DNA of 64,000 nt from Chiloscyllium plagiosum (Eukaryota). The translations under genes and the position numbers were made by a program. Under the pieces are notes generated by a model. The model saw only the letters and a list, made by a program, of their open reading frames with translations, ran no database searches and was not told the DNA's origin. Of this stretch, positions 35,267 to 48,250 are shown piece by piece; the first letter of the stretch is position 1, and every line of letters begins with the position of its first letter. Where the stretch lies: contig NC_057719.1 of the NCBI RefSeq assembly GCF_004010195.1, positions 10,699,341 through 10,763,340 on the forward strand, given 5' to 3'.

Positions 35267-36472
35267 AGTCATAGAGATGTACAGCATGGAAACAGACCCT
35301 TCGGTCCAACCCGTCAATGCCGACCAGATATCCCAACCCAATCTAGTCCCACCTGCCAGCACCCGGCACATATCCCTCCAAACCCTTCCTATTCATATAC
35401 CCATCCAAATGCCTCTTAAATGTTGCAATTNNNNNNNNNNNNNNNNNNNNNNNNNNNNNNNNNNNNNNNNNNNNNNNNNNNNNNNNNNNNNNNNNNNNNN
35501 NNNNNNNNNNNNNNNNNNNNNNNNNNNNNNNNNNNNNNNNNNNNNNNNNNNNNNNNNNNNNNNNNNNNNNNNNNNNNNNNNNNNNNNNNNNNNNNNNNNN
35601 NNNNNNNNNNNNNNNNNNNNNNNNNNNNNNNNNNNNNNNNNNNNNNNNNNNNNNNNNNNNNNNNNNNNNNNNNNNNNNNNNNNNNNNNNNNNNNNNNNNN
35701 NNNNNNNNNNNNNNNNNNNNNNNNNNNNNNNNNNNNNNNNNNNNNNNNNNNNNNNNNNNNNNNNNNNNNNNNNNNNNNNNNNNNNNNNNNNNNNNNNNNN
35801 NNNNNNNNNNNNNNNNNNNNNNNNNNNNNNNNNNNNNNNNNNNNNNNNNNNNNNNNNNNNNNNNNNNNNNNNNNNNNNNNNNNNNNNNNNNNNNNNNNNN
35901 NNNNNNNNNNNNNNNNNNNNNNNNNNNNNNNNNNNNNNNNNNNNNNNNNNNNNNNNNNNNNNNNNNNNNNNNNNNNNNNNNNNNNNNNNNNNNNNNNNNN
36001 NNNNNNNNNNNNNNNNNNNNNNNNNNNNNNNNNNNNNNNNNNNNNNNNNNNNNNNNNNNNNNNNNNNNNNNNNNNNNNNNNNNNNNNNNNNNNNNNNNNN
36101 NNNNNNNNNNNNNNNNNNNNNNNNNNNNNNNNNNCAGTTCTGTATCCAAATGGCTAGTTCTCCCTGTATTCCATGAGATCTAACCTTGCTAATCAGTCTG
36201 CCATGGGGTACCTTGTCGAACGTCCTACTGAAGTCCATATAGATCACATCTACTGCTCTGCCCTCATCAATCCTCTTTGTTAATTCTTCAAAAAACTCAA
36301 TCAAGTTTGTGAGACATGATTTCCCACACACAAAACCATGTTGACTATCACTAATCAGTCCTTGCCTTTCCAAATACATGTACATCCTGTCCCTCAGGAT
36401 TCCCTCCAACAACTTGCCCACCACTAAGGTCAGGCTCACTGGTCTATAGTTCCCTGGCTTGTCTTTACCGCC
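35267..36472 (-). mobile_element. CR1 LINE (RT to 3' end), spans a gap
   Basis: KPGNYRPVSLT..QHGFVCGKSCLTNLIEFFEE..DVIYMDFSRTFDKVPH. Confidence 0.95.
35431..36134. other. Assembly gap
   Basis: Run of N. Confidence 1.
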
Positions 36473-36935
36473 CCTGCACTCAAAGTCTGAACAAAGCGGG
36501 AAAGAAACAGAAACTACTGCAGATGCTGGAAATCTGAAATAAAAATTTTGTAGAACTAGGGTGTCATAGTTTAGAAATAAGAACCCAGCCATTTAAAACA
36601 GAGATGAGAAAATGTTCTTTCTTACAGAGAGTTGTGAGCTATTTCATACTCCATTCATCAAAGGGCAGTGAGTGCAGAATCTTTGAGTATTTTTAAGGTA
36701 GAGATTGATAGATTCTTGATTCCCAAGGAGATGAAAGATTGTCAGGAATATGCAGGAATGTGGAGTTGAGGTGGAAATCAGATCAGCCATGACCTGATTC
36801 AGCAGGCTCGAAGGGGCTGAGTGGTCTATTCATGTTCCTAGCTCGTAAAAACAATGTGCTGGAAAAACTGAAACCTGCATATGAAAAGTCATCATGAAAA
36901 TGATGTTGAGTTGCACTCCCTAAATGATACGCCGG

Positions 36936-37734
36936 TGTGACGATGTTGTGACTTTCAAGAGGTTATTTTGCTCTGTTTTTTTTTTAAGAGAGGTTGTAAG
37001 GCAGAGGTGCAGAGCTGTCTGTAAGCAAATCAATAAATTGTGATGATTTGGAGCTTTTTTTTAAAGTTAGAACAATGGAAGCAGCCTGGGAGTGGCCAGT
37101 TCTCACACACTAGGCTTTCTAGCATTTTATGCTTAGCTTTAAGCAGAAGCTATTGAGGTCTCAACAGTGTTGGAAGCTTCAGTGAATGTCTCCTGGCTGC
37201 TAACTCTCTCTGAATTTTCTCTTAACGATGTTTCCTCCTGGATTGGAGAATTGCATGTGAGAATGTATGTCTGAATTTTCCTTTTTTTGCCAAGGGGTGT
37301 GTTTATGAGATGTTACTATTTGGAGCAGTTAATTAGTCATAGTTACTGTATCTATTATTTTGTTAAGTTTTCCAAAAAGGTTGGTATTCTAAATTCCACT
37401 TTCTTTCATTGTATTTTAACTGGAGTGTTCAAATAAATTGTGTTTTGCCTAATATTGAGTAGTTTGACCAGTTGTGTTGCATCTGGGACATTTTATATTT
37501 GCCTTTAAAATAAATTCAGAAGTCACATGACTCCAGGTGATGTTCACCTAATGAAGGGACAGTGCTCCAAATGCTTGTGATTTCAAATTAATCTGGTGGA
37601 CTATAAGCTGTTGTCATCTGACTTCTGACTTTGTCCATTCCAATCCAATACTGGCACCTTCATATCATAAGAAAACATTAGGGTCTAGGCTAACTTCTTG
37701 AAAGACTTTGAAGGGGTCTGTCTGGTCCATAACA
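36936..37734 (+). mobile_element. Solo LTR (family A) with Penelope tail insertion ~37516-37668
   Basis: TGTGA...AACA; 4-bp TSD CCGG/CTGG (one CpG-type change); AATAAA at ~37432. Confidence 0.85.
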
Positions 37735-38088
37735 CTGGTTTCAATTGAGGGTTGAAGTGTTCATCTTCCTTCTCAGTGGAATGTAAAAGACACTATTAGC
37801 AGGAGGTTCTGTATGTTTTGGATAGTGTTGTTACAATCAGCTGGATCTATCTCTGTAGTTGCATGAGGGGTGATCCTATAATCAAATAGGTATCAAGTGA
37901 GGCTGTAAACTGTTTCTTTAAGTCTGCTTTTAAAGTTTGGGCTGCTCTTTCTGCCAGAGCATTGGACGATGGGTGATACGGAGCTGCTTTTACAGGCTGA
38001 ATGCCATTCAACATTAGGAAATACTCTCACTCCCTGCTGGTAAATGATGACCCATTGTCTATGACCAACACCTGTCTATGACCAGCTT

Positions 38089-38422
38089 GGGGTGGCACAG
38101 TGTCTCAGTGGTTAGCACTGCTGCCTCACAGCACCAGGGACCCGGGTTCAATTCCCGCCTCAGGCGACTGTCTGTGTGGAGTTTGCACATTCTCCCCGTG
38201 TCTGTGTGGGTTTCCTCCAGGTGCTCTGGTTTCCTCCCACAATCCAAAGATGAGTGGTTTGGTGAATTGGCCATGCCAAATTGCCTGTGGTCATAAGTGC
38301 ATTAGTCAGAGGGGAATGTACTAATGTACGGTAGGGGAATGGGTCTGGGTGGGTTGCTCTTCAGAGGGTCAGTGTGGACTTGTTGGACTGAAGGGTCTGT
38401 TTCCATACTGTGGAGAATCTAA
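38089..38422 (+). mobile_element. HE1-type V-SINE nested in Gypsy integrase
   Basis: Head, V domain and tail. Confidence 0.88.
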
Positions 38423-39349
38423 ACACCTCAGGGAGTCAGTGTATTGCATGAGGTGCTCGCAACATTTCAGTTGTTGTCCCTGTGCTTGATAGGTGAACTC
38501 TATGCACGATAGGTGAACTCTATGGACATCCAACCACTTTGAATGGACACCTACAATGACTAAGAGCATAGAGCACGTGAAAGGACCAACATAGTTGACG
38601 TGTAACCATGTCCACGGTTTATGGCCTTTCCCACAAATGTGGGAGAGCTGTTGGCAGTAATTTCTGTCCTTTTGTTGGCACTCTGGGCACTGCCCTGTGA
38701 ACGTAGCTTTGTCGGCATCCAATCCTGGCCACCAGACATAACCTCTCGCCAACATCGTCATTGTCGAAATGTCTGGTGAAGTTCAGTCTGTATCTGGCAG
38801 CAACCTTTGATCAGGATAATCACTCGTGCTCCTCATAATAATATGCCATCCTCTACGATGATCTGGTCTCACCGGGTCCAGAAGGGCTTGAATTCTGATT
38901 CCGCCATCACCATCAGCTGTTTTAGATTTGCCAGATGGGATCTTTTTGGACTCAGAGTTGGAGATTGTCAGCGGTGACGGGAAGGACGTCTGAAAGGTTT
39001 AAAACCAGAAAGGACTCTTCCAGTGGCGGCACTGGTGGTGTATCTGCCAGTGGGAGGCAGCTCCATGCCCATCCACATTTACCACTTGGCCTTCCGGACA
39101 GTGTTCCAACTTGTAATTGTACGCACTGAGAATAACAGCCCACCGCTGAATTCAGTATACAACTATGGGCAGCATTGGCCTGTCCTCTTTTAAGTAGCTC
39201 TAGCAGGGGTTCATGATCTGTTACTGTTACAACTTTACAGCTGTTAAGTTATTGGTGGAACTTTCTCACACTAAACATGACCAGCAAACCTTTCTTCTCT
39301 ATCTGGGCTACCTTCGGTTGGCATCAGCCAAAATCTGGGAAGCATACAC

Positions 39350-39775
39350 CATCAAGCCTTCAAATTGGAGAAACAACACCTCATCTTCCACCTGGGCACC
39401 CCATTGAGTTCTCCAATTTCAAATAACCTCCCTTCCCATCCCCGGACATCCTTTCCAGCCCCTCCCCTTCTCTTCCATCCCTCTCACCGACCCTTCCTTC
39501 CAGCTACCAAACAGATTCATTCCTCCCATCGACCAAGCAGGTACAGCACCCTCTACCTGTGCTCACCTATCACTATCACAAGTCCCCCGGGCCTGACGGG
39601 ATATATCCTAGGATTATGTGGGAAGCAAGAGAGGAAATTGCAGTACCACCCACCCCCAGTCCTGAAGAAGGGTTACAACTGAAACATTGACGTCTCCACC
39701 TCCTGATGCTGCCAGTCTTGCTGTGTTCTTCCAGCCTCCTGCTTGTCTACCTTGGAATCCAGCATCTGCTTACTT
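39350..39775 (+). mobile_element. Penelope-like 3' fragment nested in Gypsy
   Basis: EKQHLIFHLGT; CTGAAGAAGGG..GAAAC terminal unit. Confidence 0.75.
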
Positions 39776-40562
39776 TCTGCTGGGCCACCCATAAGTCAAC
39801 ACTACCTGATACTGTTTGGGGAGGCATCACATGTCAGCACCACATCTCAGTTGGGGTCATAGCATGCCAATCCCTTGGTGGTCACTACTTCTTCACTTCT
39901 CCGAAGGTTAAAGGTTCCCTCTCGGCTATGAGACCATTTCCAAGGCTGACCCTTTTTCAATAGCAAATATAAGGGCACCGAGATGGAGGCCAGGTTACAT
40001 TTGAATTTTCCATAATAACTCACCAACCCAAGGAAAGACCTAAGCTCCAGCACAATTGTGGGAGCCAGGGCACATTTGATCACCCTCACATTATCTTCCA
40101 ATGGGTGTAACCCAGTCTTGTCGACTTGTAGCCCAAATAGGTTACTTGGGGTGCCTGCGACATGCATTTTTCCCTCCTAAGGGGTAACCTGCCTTGGAGA
40201 AATGTTTAAGCACTATGTCCAAGTCCTCTGAATGCTCTTTATTATTCTTCCCCATTATTGGCACGTCATCCAGACAAATGGCAACTTAGGGTAGACCTTG
40301 TAAAATGTTCTCCATTGTTTGTTGGAAAATGGCACAGGCTAATGATACCTTTTGGGGTTTTGCCATGGACTGACCTAGAGTTTCTCTATTCAGGATATGG
40401 CCTGAGTAAACAGAACCCCAACACTCCTGTTTATATCGGTCAGCCAGATCTCCCTGATCAGTCCAGATTAACAGCCCCAAGCAGGGAACTCATACTGTAT
40501 GAGATCCACTTGACTGACCTCATTCCAATCACAACAATGTGTAGTGAATCGAATTGATTGAA

Positions 40563-40770
40563 GACTGTATGGAATGAGCTGCCAGAGGATGTGGTGGAAG
40601 CTAGTACAACTGCAACATTTAAAATCTGGATGGCTATATGAATAGAAAGGGTTTGGAGGGATATGGACTGGGTGCTGGCAGGTGGGACTAGATTTGGTTG
40701 GGATCAGCATGGACGGGTTGAACTGAAGGGTCTGTTTCCGAGCTGTACATCTCTATGACTCTATGACTAG
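40563..40770 (+). mobile_element. CR1 3' end
   Basis: WNELPEDVVEA; (CTATGACT)n tail. Confidence 0.85.
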
Positions 40771-41164
40771 CATCTGTGATGCTGAGAACCTCTGAGGAGG
40801 CCGAGATGGATCATCCACTTGGTATTTCTGGCTGAAGAAGTTGCAAATGCTTTAACATTATGTTTTGTGCTGATGTGAAGATAGTAATATTTTTGGAGTC
40901 TCCCCATCTAGTGAATTTAGTTATCCACCACCATTTCCGACTGGATGTGGCAGGATTGCAGAGCTTAGATCTGAATCTGTTGGCTGTGGGATTGTTTAGC
41001 TCTGTCTATGAGTTGCTGCTTATGCTGTTAGGCATGTGAGCAGTCCTGTTGGGTAGCTTCATCAGGTTGACATCTCATTTTTAGACATGGTTGGAGCTGC
41101 TCCTGCTATACCCTCCGTTATTTATTTATTTATTTATTTATGAGATTTGGGTGTTGCTGGCTAT

Positions 41165-42140
41165 GTCAGCATTTATTGCCCATCCCTAGTTGCCCCCTTG
41201 AGAAGGTGGGGGTGAGCTGGCTTCTTGAATCACTGCAGTCCACCTGCTGTAAATTGATCCACAATGCCATAGGGGAGGAATTCCAGGATTTTGACCCAGC
41301 GACAGCGAAGGGATGACAATATATTTCCACGTCAGGATTGTGAGTGGCTTGGAGGGGAACATGAAGTTGGTAGTGTTCCCATGTATCTGCTGCCCTTGTT
41401 CTTCCAGTGATTGTGGGTTTGGAAGGTGCAGTCTGAGGATCTTTGGTGAAGTTCTGCAGTGTATCTTGCAGATAGTACACACTGCTGCTACTGACCACCA
41501 GTGGTGGAGGGAGTGGATGCTTGTGGATGTAGTGGGCAATCAAGTGGTCTGCTTTGTGCTGGATGGTGTTGAGCTTCCTGAGTGTTGTTGGAGCTGCACC
41601 CATCCAGGCAAGTGGGGAGTGTTCCATCACAACCGTGACTTGTACCTTGTAGATGGTGGACAGGCTTTGGGGAGTCAGGTAGTGAGTTACTTGCCGCAGT
41701 ATTCTTAGCCTCTGACCTGCCCTTGAAGCCATTGAGTTTATGTGGGGAGGTCTGTTGAGTTCTGTACTCTTCATTGAACCAGGGTTGATCCCTGGCTTGA
41801 TGGCAGTGGGTGAGTGGGGGATATGCTGGGCCGTGAGATTGCAGATTGTACTGGAGTATAGTTCTGCTGCTGTTGGTTTCCTCATGGATGCCCAGTCTTG
41901 AGTTGCTAGGTCTGTTTGAAGTCTGCCCCCAACTTACCACATTAATAGCGCCACGCAACACGACGCAGTGCATTGCCAATGTGAAGATCGGATTATTATC
42001 GATATGAAGACTACGCAAAATCTGTGCTGTGATCACTCTGACCAGTACCATCATGGGCAAAAGCATCTGGTACAGGTAGATTGGGGTGAGGATGAGGTCA
42101 CAAGTGCTGTTCCCGCTAGTTGATTCCCTCACCAGCGAGC
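41165..42140 (-). mobile_element. CR1-clade LINE family 2 (Zenon-like), internally deleted
   Basis: RAGQRLRILRQVTHYLTPQSLSTIYKVQV..MEHSPLAWMGAAPTTL; tail CAACTAGGGATGGGCAATAAATGCTG. Confidence 0.85.
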
Positions 42141-42439
42141 TGACATTCTGACTGTAATGTATGATCATTTTCTTGATTCAGGAGTTTGACATGAAGGAAC
42201 TGCTCTTTGTTTTCTCCTTTCAATTTTGATGGTGTCAGCCTGACCTTAAAATCTCTGAGAATTTTTCAGCTTTTACAGAAATCAACATAGTGCTGAAGTC
42301 TACCTGACACTACTAACTCAACTGCAAATTCATCTTCTAAAAGGCACAAAGAAGATATTTGCTCAGTAAACTTGTAAAGAGAGTGTGGTTTGCCATGCAA
42401 GTCACTGGTTCCTATTAATTTGTGAGGTCCACTCTTCAT

Positions 42440-42628
42440 TCTGGATTAGTGGTGCTGGAAAAACACAGCAGTTCAGGCAGCATCCAAGGAGCAGTAAAAT
42501 CGACGTTTCAGGCAAAAGCACAAAACGTCGATTTTACTGCTCCTCAGATGCTGCCTGAACTGCTGTGTTTTTCAAGCTCCACTAATCCAGAATCTGTTTT
42601 CCAGTATCTGCAGTCATTGTTTTTACCT
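42440..42628. mobile_element. Penelope-derived hairpin mini-element
   Basis: Inverted arms; perfect 15-bp TSD AGGTCCACTCTTCAT (42425-39 / 42629-43). Confidence 0.85.
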
Positions 42629-42789
42629 AGGTCCACTCTTCATGACTGGCCAAGCAATGGAAAAATCCTCACTTCACAGCTTCATGGTGCGTAAGTGGTA
42701 CAAGAATGTTTTGCCTAAAAGTGACTTGGAACACATTCATTGAAGTAGCGTTAGCTTTGTATCAAAGTTACTAGGAATGTATACTCTTT

Positions 42790-43068
42790 GGGTGGCATGG
42801 TGGTTCAGTAGTCAGCACTGCTGCCTAATGGGACCAGGGTTTAGTCCCACCTCAGGTGACTGTCTGTGCAGAGTTTGCACATTCTCCCAGTGTCTATGTG
42901 GGTTTCCTCCCCCAATCCAAAGATGTGCAGGTTGGGTGAATGGGCCATGGTAAATTGCCCATGGTGTTAGGTGCGTTAGTCAGAGAGAAATGGGTCTGGG
43001 TGGGTTACTCTTCGGAGGGTTGGGGTGAGCTTGTTGGGTTGAAGGGCCTGTTTCCATACTGTAGGGAC
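42790..43068 (+). mobile_element. HE1-type V-SINE
   Basis: Head + V domain + tail. Confidence 0.8.
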
Positions 43069-43351
43069 TCCAGGCTCACAGCATACTCCTGCTGCCCTCT
43101 GAAATAGTCTACAAGCCAGTCACTTGGAACAATTGTTACAAATAGCTACAACGTGTTGCAAACGAATTTTAAAAAGTCTCAATATAGAAATGAAACCAGA
43201 ACGATTGACCTGAAGCATTGGAAATACCAATGGCAGAAACAGGCCTGGTAACCAAGATCCTTTTATTAGCATCTGGGGATGATAGTCAAAATTGGGAGAG
43301 CTGTCTCATACCTGATTCAAGCAACAGCCTGATATAGTATTATTACGCAGA

Positions 43352-43692
43352 ATGGCTCAGTGGTTAGCACTGCCGCCTCACAGTGCCAGGGACCTGGGTT
43401 TGATTCCAGCCTTGGGTGACTGTGTGGAGTTTGCACGTTCTCCCCTTGTCTGCGTGGGATTCCTCCAGGTGCTCCAGTTTCCTCCCACAATCCAAAGATG
43501 TGCAGGTCAGGTGGATTGGCCAAGCTAAATTTTCTCATAGTATTCAGGTATGTGCAAAGTAGGTGAGTTAGTCAAGGGAAATGCAAGGTTTTAGGGATGG
43601 GCAGAGGGTGGGTCTGGGTGGGATGCTGTTTGGAGGGTCAGTGTGGACTCAATGGGCCGAATGGTCTGATGTTGCACGGTAGGGATTGTATG
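43352..43692 (+). mobile_element. HE1-type V-SINE
   Basis: TGGCTCAGTGGTTAGCACTGCCGCCTCACAG.. Confidence 0.85.
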
Positions 43693-43849
43693 TTACTATT
43701 CCACGATTCTGCTTGCTCAGTGAGGGGAGGTGATAGCCAGGTGCTATTCTCGCTATATTGTAAATCCAGAAACTCAGCTAATGTTCTGGGGACCTGGGTT
43801 CGAATCCCACCATGGGAAATGCTGACTCCCTTTCTTTGTGAGAAGGAAG

Positions 43850-44062
43850 TATGTAATAAGGTGAGGGTCAAAAGTAGCATTCACCTGTCCAAGTCAAATA
43901 GATACAGGCTCAAAGATTGGGCTGCTTAATCTCAGCTGACACTCCAGTGCAATACTGAGGGAGTGCTGCATTTTCAAAAGTACTTCCTTACAGTGCAATG
44001 CTAAACCAGGGCTTTCTGTGCCCTTTCAGATAGATGTAAAAGATCTCATGGTCCTATGTTAA
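43850..44062 (+). mobile_element. DeuSINE-like (SacSINE1-type) fragment
   Basis: GCTGACACTCCAGTGCAATACTGAGGGAGTGCTGCA..GATGTAAAAGATCTCATGG. Confidence 0.6.
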
Positions 44063-44395
44063 GTGACTTGGCCTCTCAAGCATCCTCTACCATTTGGTAA
44101 GATCATGCCTCACCTGATTATGGCTGCAACTCCCTTGTTAATCAAGAACCTATCTACCTTGGATATCCAACAGCCCCATTCCCACTCTGCAGTTTCTAGG
44201 GAAGAGAGTTTCCTAGCATCTAGCCCAAGAAGTGTTCTCTGACCAACCTCACAAAAGAAGCAGGAGAAAATTGCTGCCTGTACTGGAACCTGTACTGAAA
44301 ACAAAAATTGCTGAAGGTCATCCAGAGAGATCATGCAGAGAGTAGTAGGGGTGAGGAATGCGCTGCCTGCAACAGTAGTAGACTCACCAACGTGG

Positions 44396-44716
44396 TGGGC
44401 GGCACGGTGGCCCAGTGGTTAGCACTGCTGCCTCACAGCGCCAGAGACCCGGGTTCATTTCCCGCCTCAGGCGACTGACTGTGTGGAGTTTGCACATTCT
44501 CCCCGTGTCTGCGTGGGTTTCCTCCGGGTGCTCCGGTTTCCTCCCACAGTCCAAAAATGCGCAGGTCAGGTGAATTGGCCATGCTAAAATTGCCCGTAGT
44601 GTTAGGTGCAGGGATAACTGTAGGGGAATGGGTCTGGATGGGTTGCGCTTCGGCGGGTCAGTGTGGACTTGTTGGGCCGAAGGGCCTGTTTCCACACTGT
44701 AAGTAATCTAATCTAA
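44396..44716 (+). mobile_element. HE1-type V-SINE, young, inside a CR1 3' end (44335-44852)
   Basis: CpG-intact full copy; CR1 resumes TTTAAGGGCGTTTAAATGG. Confidence 0.92.
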
Positions 44717-44854
44717 CTTTAAGGGCGTTTAAATGGTTATTGGATAAACATATGGATGAAAATGGAACAGAGGATGATAGATTGGTTCCACAGGTCGGCG
44801 CAACATCACGGGCCGAAGGGCCTGTACTGTACTCTAATGTTTTATGTTCTATTA

Positions 44855-45330
44855 CAGGGGATCAAGCAGCATCCATGGAGAGAGAGCAAGCCAACATTTC
44901 AGGTGTAGATGACTCTTCATCAGAGTCACCAGACTCTTCAATAGTTCTGATGAAGACTCACAGCCCAGGGACCTGGGTTCAATTCCCGCCTTGGGCGACT
45001 GTCTGTGTGGAGTTTGCACATTCTCCCCGTGTCTGCGTGGGTTTCCTCTGGGTGCTCCGGTTTCCTCCCACAGTCCAAAAATGTGCAGGTTAGGTGAATT
45101 GGCCATGCTAAAATTGCCCATAGTGTTAGGTGCACTGGTCAGGGGTAAATATAAGGTAGGGAAATGGGTCTTGTTGGGTTACTCTTTGGAGGGTCAGTGT
45201 GGATTTGTTGGGCCGAAGGGCCTGTTTCCATGCTGTAGGGAATCTAATCTAATCTAATCTAGACATGAAACGCTAGCTTGCTCTCTCTCCATGGATTCTG
45301 CCTGACACGCTGTGATCTCCAGCACTTTTT
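44855..45330. mobile_element. Penelope-derived inverted terminal units split by an HE1 SINE (44957-45260)
   Basis: CCATGGAGAGAGAGCAAGC..TCTTCATCAG mirrored by CTGATGAAGA..GCTTGCTCTCTCTCCATGG. Confidence 0.75.
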
Positions 45331-45949
45331 ATTCAGAAAAGAAGCAGTTGATCTAATCATGACCAAGTTGCTGAAACAACACTCAAGAGAACTCCATGGC
45401 TGTGAAGTGCTTCAGAATATCCTGAGGTTGTGCAAGGACCGACATCAATGAAAGTTCTTTCTTGCGTGTAAAACAAAAAGATGAGGGACACACTGACGGA
45501 TGGAGAAAATTCTAGTTTGAGGAAATGACCTGTTTCGTTCTAAGGATGAAGTGAGAATAGTGCTGGAGGATGAATTAATATTACAGATAAACAGAGATGT
45601 GAAACCATGCCAGTATCTATGTGACAGTACTGCAGCGATCAACTTAAGTACCATCTGCTTCATATTATTATAAGGAAAGAGCAGAATGAGTGTTGTGATT
45701 TGCAAAAATAAAAAGCACAACTCTACCCAAGGCAATGCCTTTATCATGCAGCCATGGGGGAGCTCATTTACATCCGTATAATTTGACAGCAACATTTAGG
45801 CAATACTGCTGAGGAACTATTACAGCATGGCTGTCTATTAAAGGGGAATCATCTGATTCAAATGCAAAAACTCACTAAGTGCTGGAGGTTGGAGTTATAT
45901 GGGAGAAAGTTGATGGATCAAACATAGATTGCATGCTGCTAAACTTGAA

Positions 45950-46430
45950 AGGATTACAAAGATTTACAAAGATGTTGCCAGAATTGGAGGGTTTGAGTTT
46001 TCAGGAGAGGCTAGGAATATATTCGCTGGAGCATCGGAGGCTGAAGGCTGGCCTTTTCGAGGTTTATAAAATCATGAGGGACATGGATAGGGTGAATAGC
46101 TAAGGTCTTTTCCCTGGGATGAGGGAGTCCAAAAATAGAGGGAGTACGTTTAAGGTGAGTGGGGAGAGAGTTAAAAGTGACCTAAGGGGCAGCTTTTTCA
46201 AGCATAGGGTGGTGCAAGTATAAAGTGAGCTGCCAGAGGAAGTGATGGAGGCTGGTACAATTACAACATTTAAAAGGCATCTGGATGGTTATATGAATAG
46301 GAAGGGTTTGGAGGGATATAAACCAAGTGGTGGAAAATGCTACTGGATCAGTTTAGGAAATCTGGTCGGCACAGATGAGTTGGACCGAAGGGTCTGTTTC
46401 CGTGCTATGTAACTCTATGGCTCTATGACA
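45950..46430 (+). mobile_element. CR1 3' fragment
   Basis: RFTKMLPELEGL..SLEHRRLKAGLFEVYKIMR. Confidence 0.9.
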
Positions 46431-46477
46431 TCAACTGGACATGATGGCTCTAGGCTAGTTGGTATGCTGCTTAAATG

Positions 46478-46810
46478 GGGGAAGTGATGACCAAATAGTA
46501 TTATTGCTAAACTATTAACCCAGAGGCCCAGGTAAAGTTTTGGGAATCAGGGTTCAAATCCAACCATGGCAAATGGTGGCATTTGAATTCAAGAAAAATC
46601 TCAGAATTAAGAGTTTAACAATGACCAGAAACAGTTATCATCTGATTTGCTAATGTCCTTTGGGAAAGGAAACTGCCACCCTTACTCAGTCTGTTCTGCA
46701 CGTGACTCCCGACCCATGGTAATATCACTGATTCTTAACTTTCCACTGGGCACTTAGGCATGAGCAATAAATCCTGGCCCAGCCACTGCTCACACTCCAT
46801 AAGTGAATTT
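46478..46810 (+). mobile_element. SINE family 2, full length
   Basis: tRNA-like head with B box GGTTCAAATCC; tail GCAATAAATCCTGGCC. Confidence 0.75.
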
Positions 46811-46979
46811 TTAAAATGCCAAAGTAATGATGGTTTCCTACAATGTTTAGCAAAAGTTCTCTCGGGAGTATGCCTCATTTCAGACTTTCACTTAGATTAA
46901 GCTATTAAAGCTTATACACAGCTGGTCAGTGCTCATCCGCAACTTATGTTTAAGTCCTATCTTTACTTTAATAAAATAT

Positions 46980-47510
46980 CCTAAAGCACTTCACACCAGT
47001 AAGCAACATTTGTCATTGAGGAGAAAGTGAGGTCTGCAGATGCTGGAGATCAGAGCTGAAAATGTGTTGCTGGAACAGCGCAGCAGGTCAGACAGCATCC
47101 AGAGAACAGGAGAATCGACGTTTCGGGCATAAGCCCTTCTTCAGGAATTTGTCATTTGTCATTGAGCCACATAAAAACACTTTAGTGCAGATGACCAATA
47201 GTTTAATCAAATAGGTAGATTTTAAGGAGCAGTTTAATGGAGGAAAGAGAGATAGAAAGGTCAGCAAGTTTAGGGAGGACATATTAGAGTTTATCAGCAC
47301 TTGGCAGCTGAAGACATGGCCTCGGATCCTGGAGTGATTAAAATCAAGGATACCTAAGAGAATAGAATTAGGGAAGTGCAGGTATCTCAGAGTATTGTGG
47401 AAGAAATTACAGAGATAAGGAGAAATGAGACCATCAAGGTATTTCGAAACAAGGATCAGAATTTTAAAAGTGAGATGTTGCTTAATGGAGAGTCAATGTA
47501 ATCACCAAGT
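46980..47510 (-). mobile_element. L2-type LINE fragment with Penelope unit (47021-47146) inserted
   Basis: CCTAAAGCACTTCACA tail; insert flanked by CATTTGTCATTGAG at 47007-20 and 47153-66. Confidence 0.65.
47110..47150 (-). ncRNA. Minimal type I hammerhead ribozyme motif
   Basis: Minus strand CUGAAGA-A-GGGC-uuau-GCCC-GAAAC-GUC-GAUU. Confidence 0.65.
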
Positions 47511-47944
47511 GCAGAAGTATGTGAGGGTCACATATTTTGTTCTTGATTGTTGTTCTTATTGTCAGTATTTTTCTTTAATGAGTCCAAACGTTGAGTTTAA
47601 CCTTTCTCCAAACATTGGTGCAGAGCAAACTGGTTCCAAGGTAATTTATTGGGATGTTAAAGCTGCTTGCCTTCTTTTTCAGGCTAACATTAAATGTATT
47701 GTGGAGCAGAATGTGTGCAGCGACTCTACAGTACAAACGTTGCGTGAGTTGTAGTCAGTATTCAAACCCACAAGAACTCTCACACCAGTCACACAATTGC
47801 TAGGGCACAGCAAAGAGTACATTCAGCCCATTTTGTCAACAATCCACTGTCAGAGCTGAAGCAAATTCAAATTAATGCTTACTTCATGTAGCAGCTTTCC
47901 TGCCCAAAGGAAAGGGAGCGAGCAGACATTGTTCAACAAGGGGA

Positions 47945-48250
47945 TGTAATGCTATAGCAGGAATGTCACTGTGTTAGCAATCTAGAACCCCAGGTTAATG
48001 TCCTAGAGACATGGGTTTAAACCACACCATGGCAGATGATGAAACTTGAATTCAATAAAACTGAGAATAGAGAACTATCCACAGTCTCACCAAGGTCAAT
48101 TGTTGTAAAAATCCATATGCTTCACTAATATTCTTCAGTTAAGGCAATCTGCTGTCCTTACCTGTGACTCCAGACCCACAGAAATGTGGTTGACTCTGAA
48201 CTGCCCCCTGGGCAATAACTGCTGGCCTAGCCACACCATCATGAATGAAC
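47945..48250 (+). mobile_element. SINE family 2
   Basis: Shared core TGTGACTCCAGACCCACAG..TGTGGTTGACTCT. Confidence 0.7.

Larger units (their letters stand above)
37740..40536 (-). mobile_element. Decayed Gypsy (Mag-like) LTR retrotransposon: partial 5' LTR + RT/RNase H/integrase
   Basis: IFQQTMENILQG; ELRSFLGLVSYYGKF; LARGYVWWPGLDAD..CPECQQ; WLHVNYVGPF..SKWLDV; family B LTR at ~40400-40536 starting TG. Confidence 0.85.
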
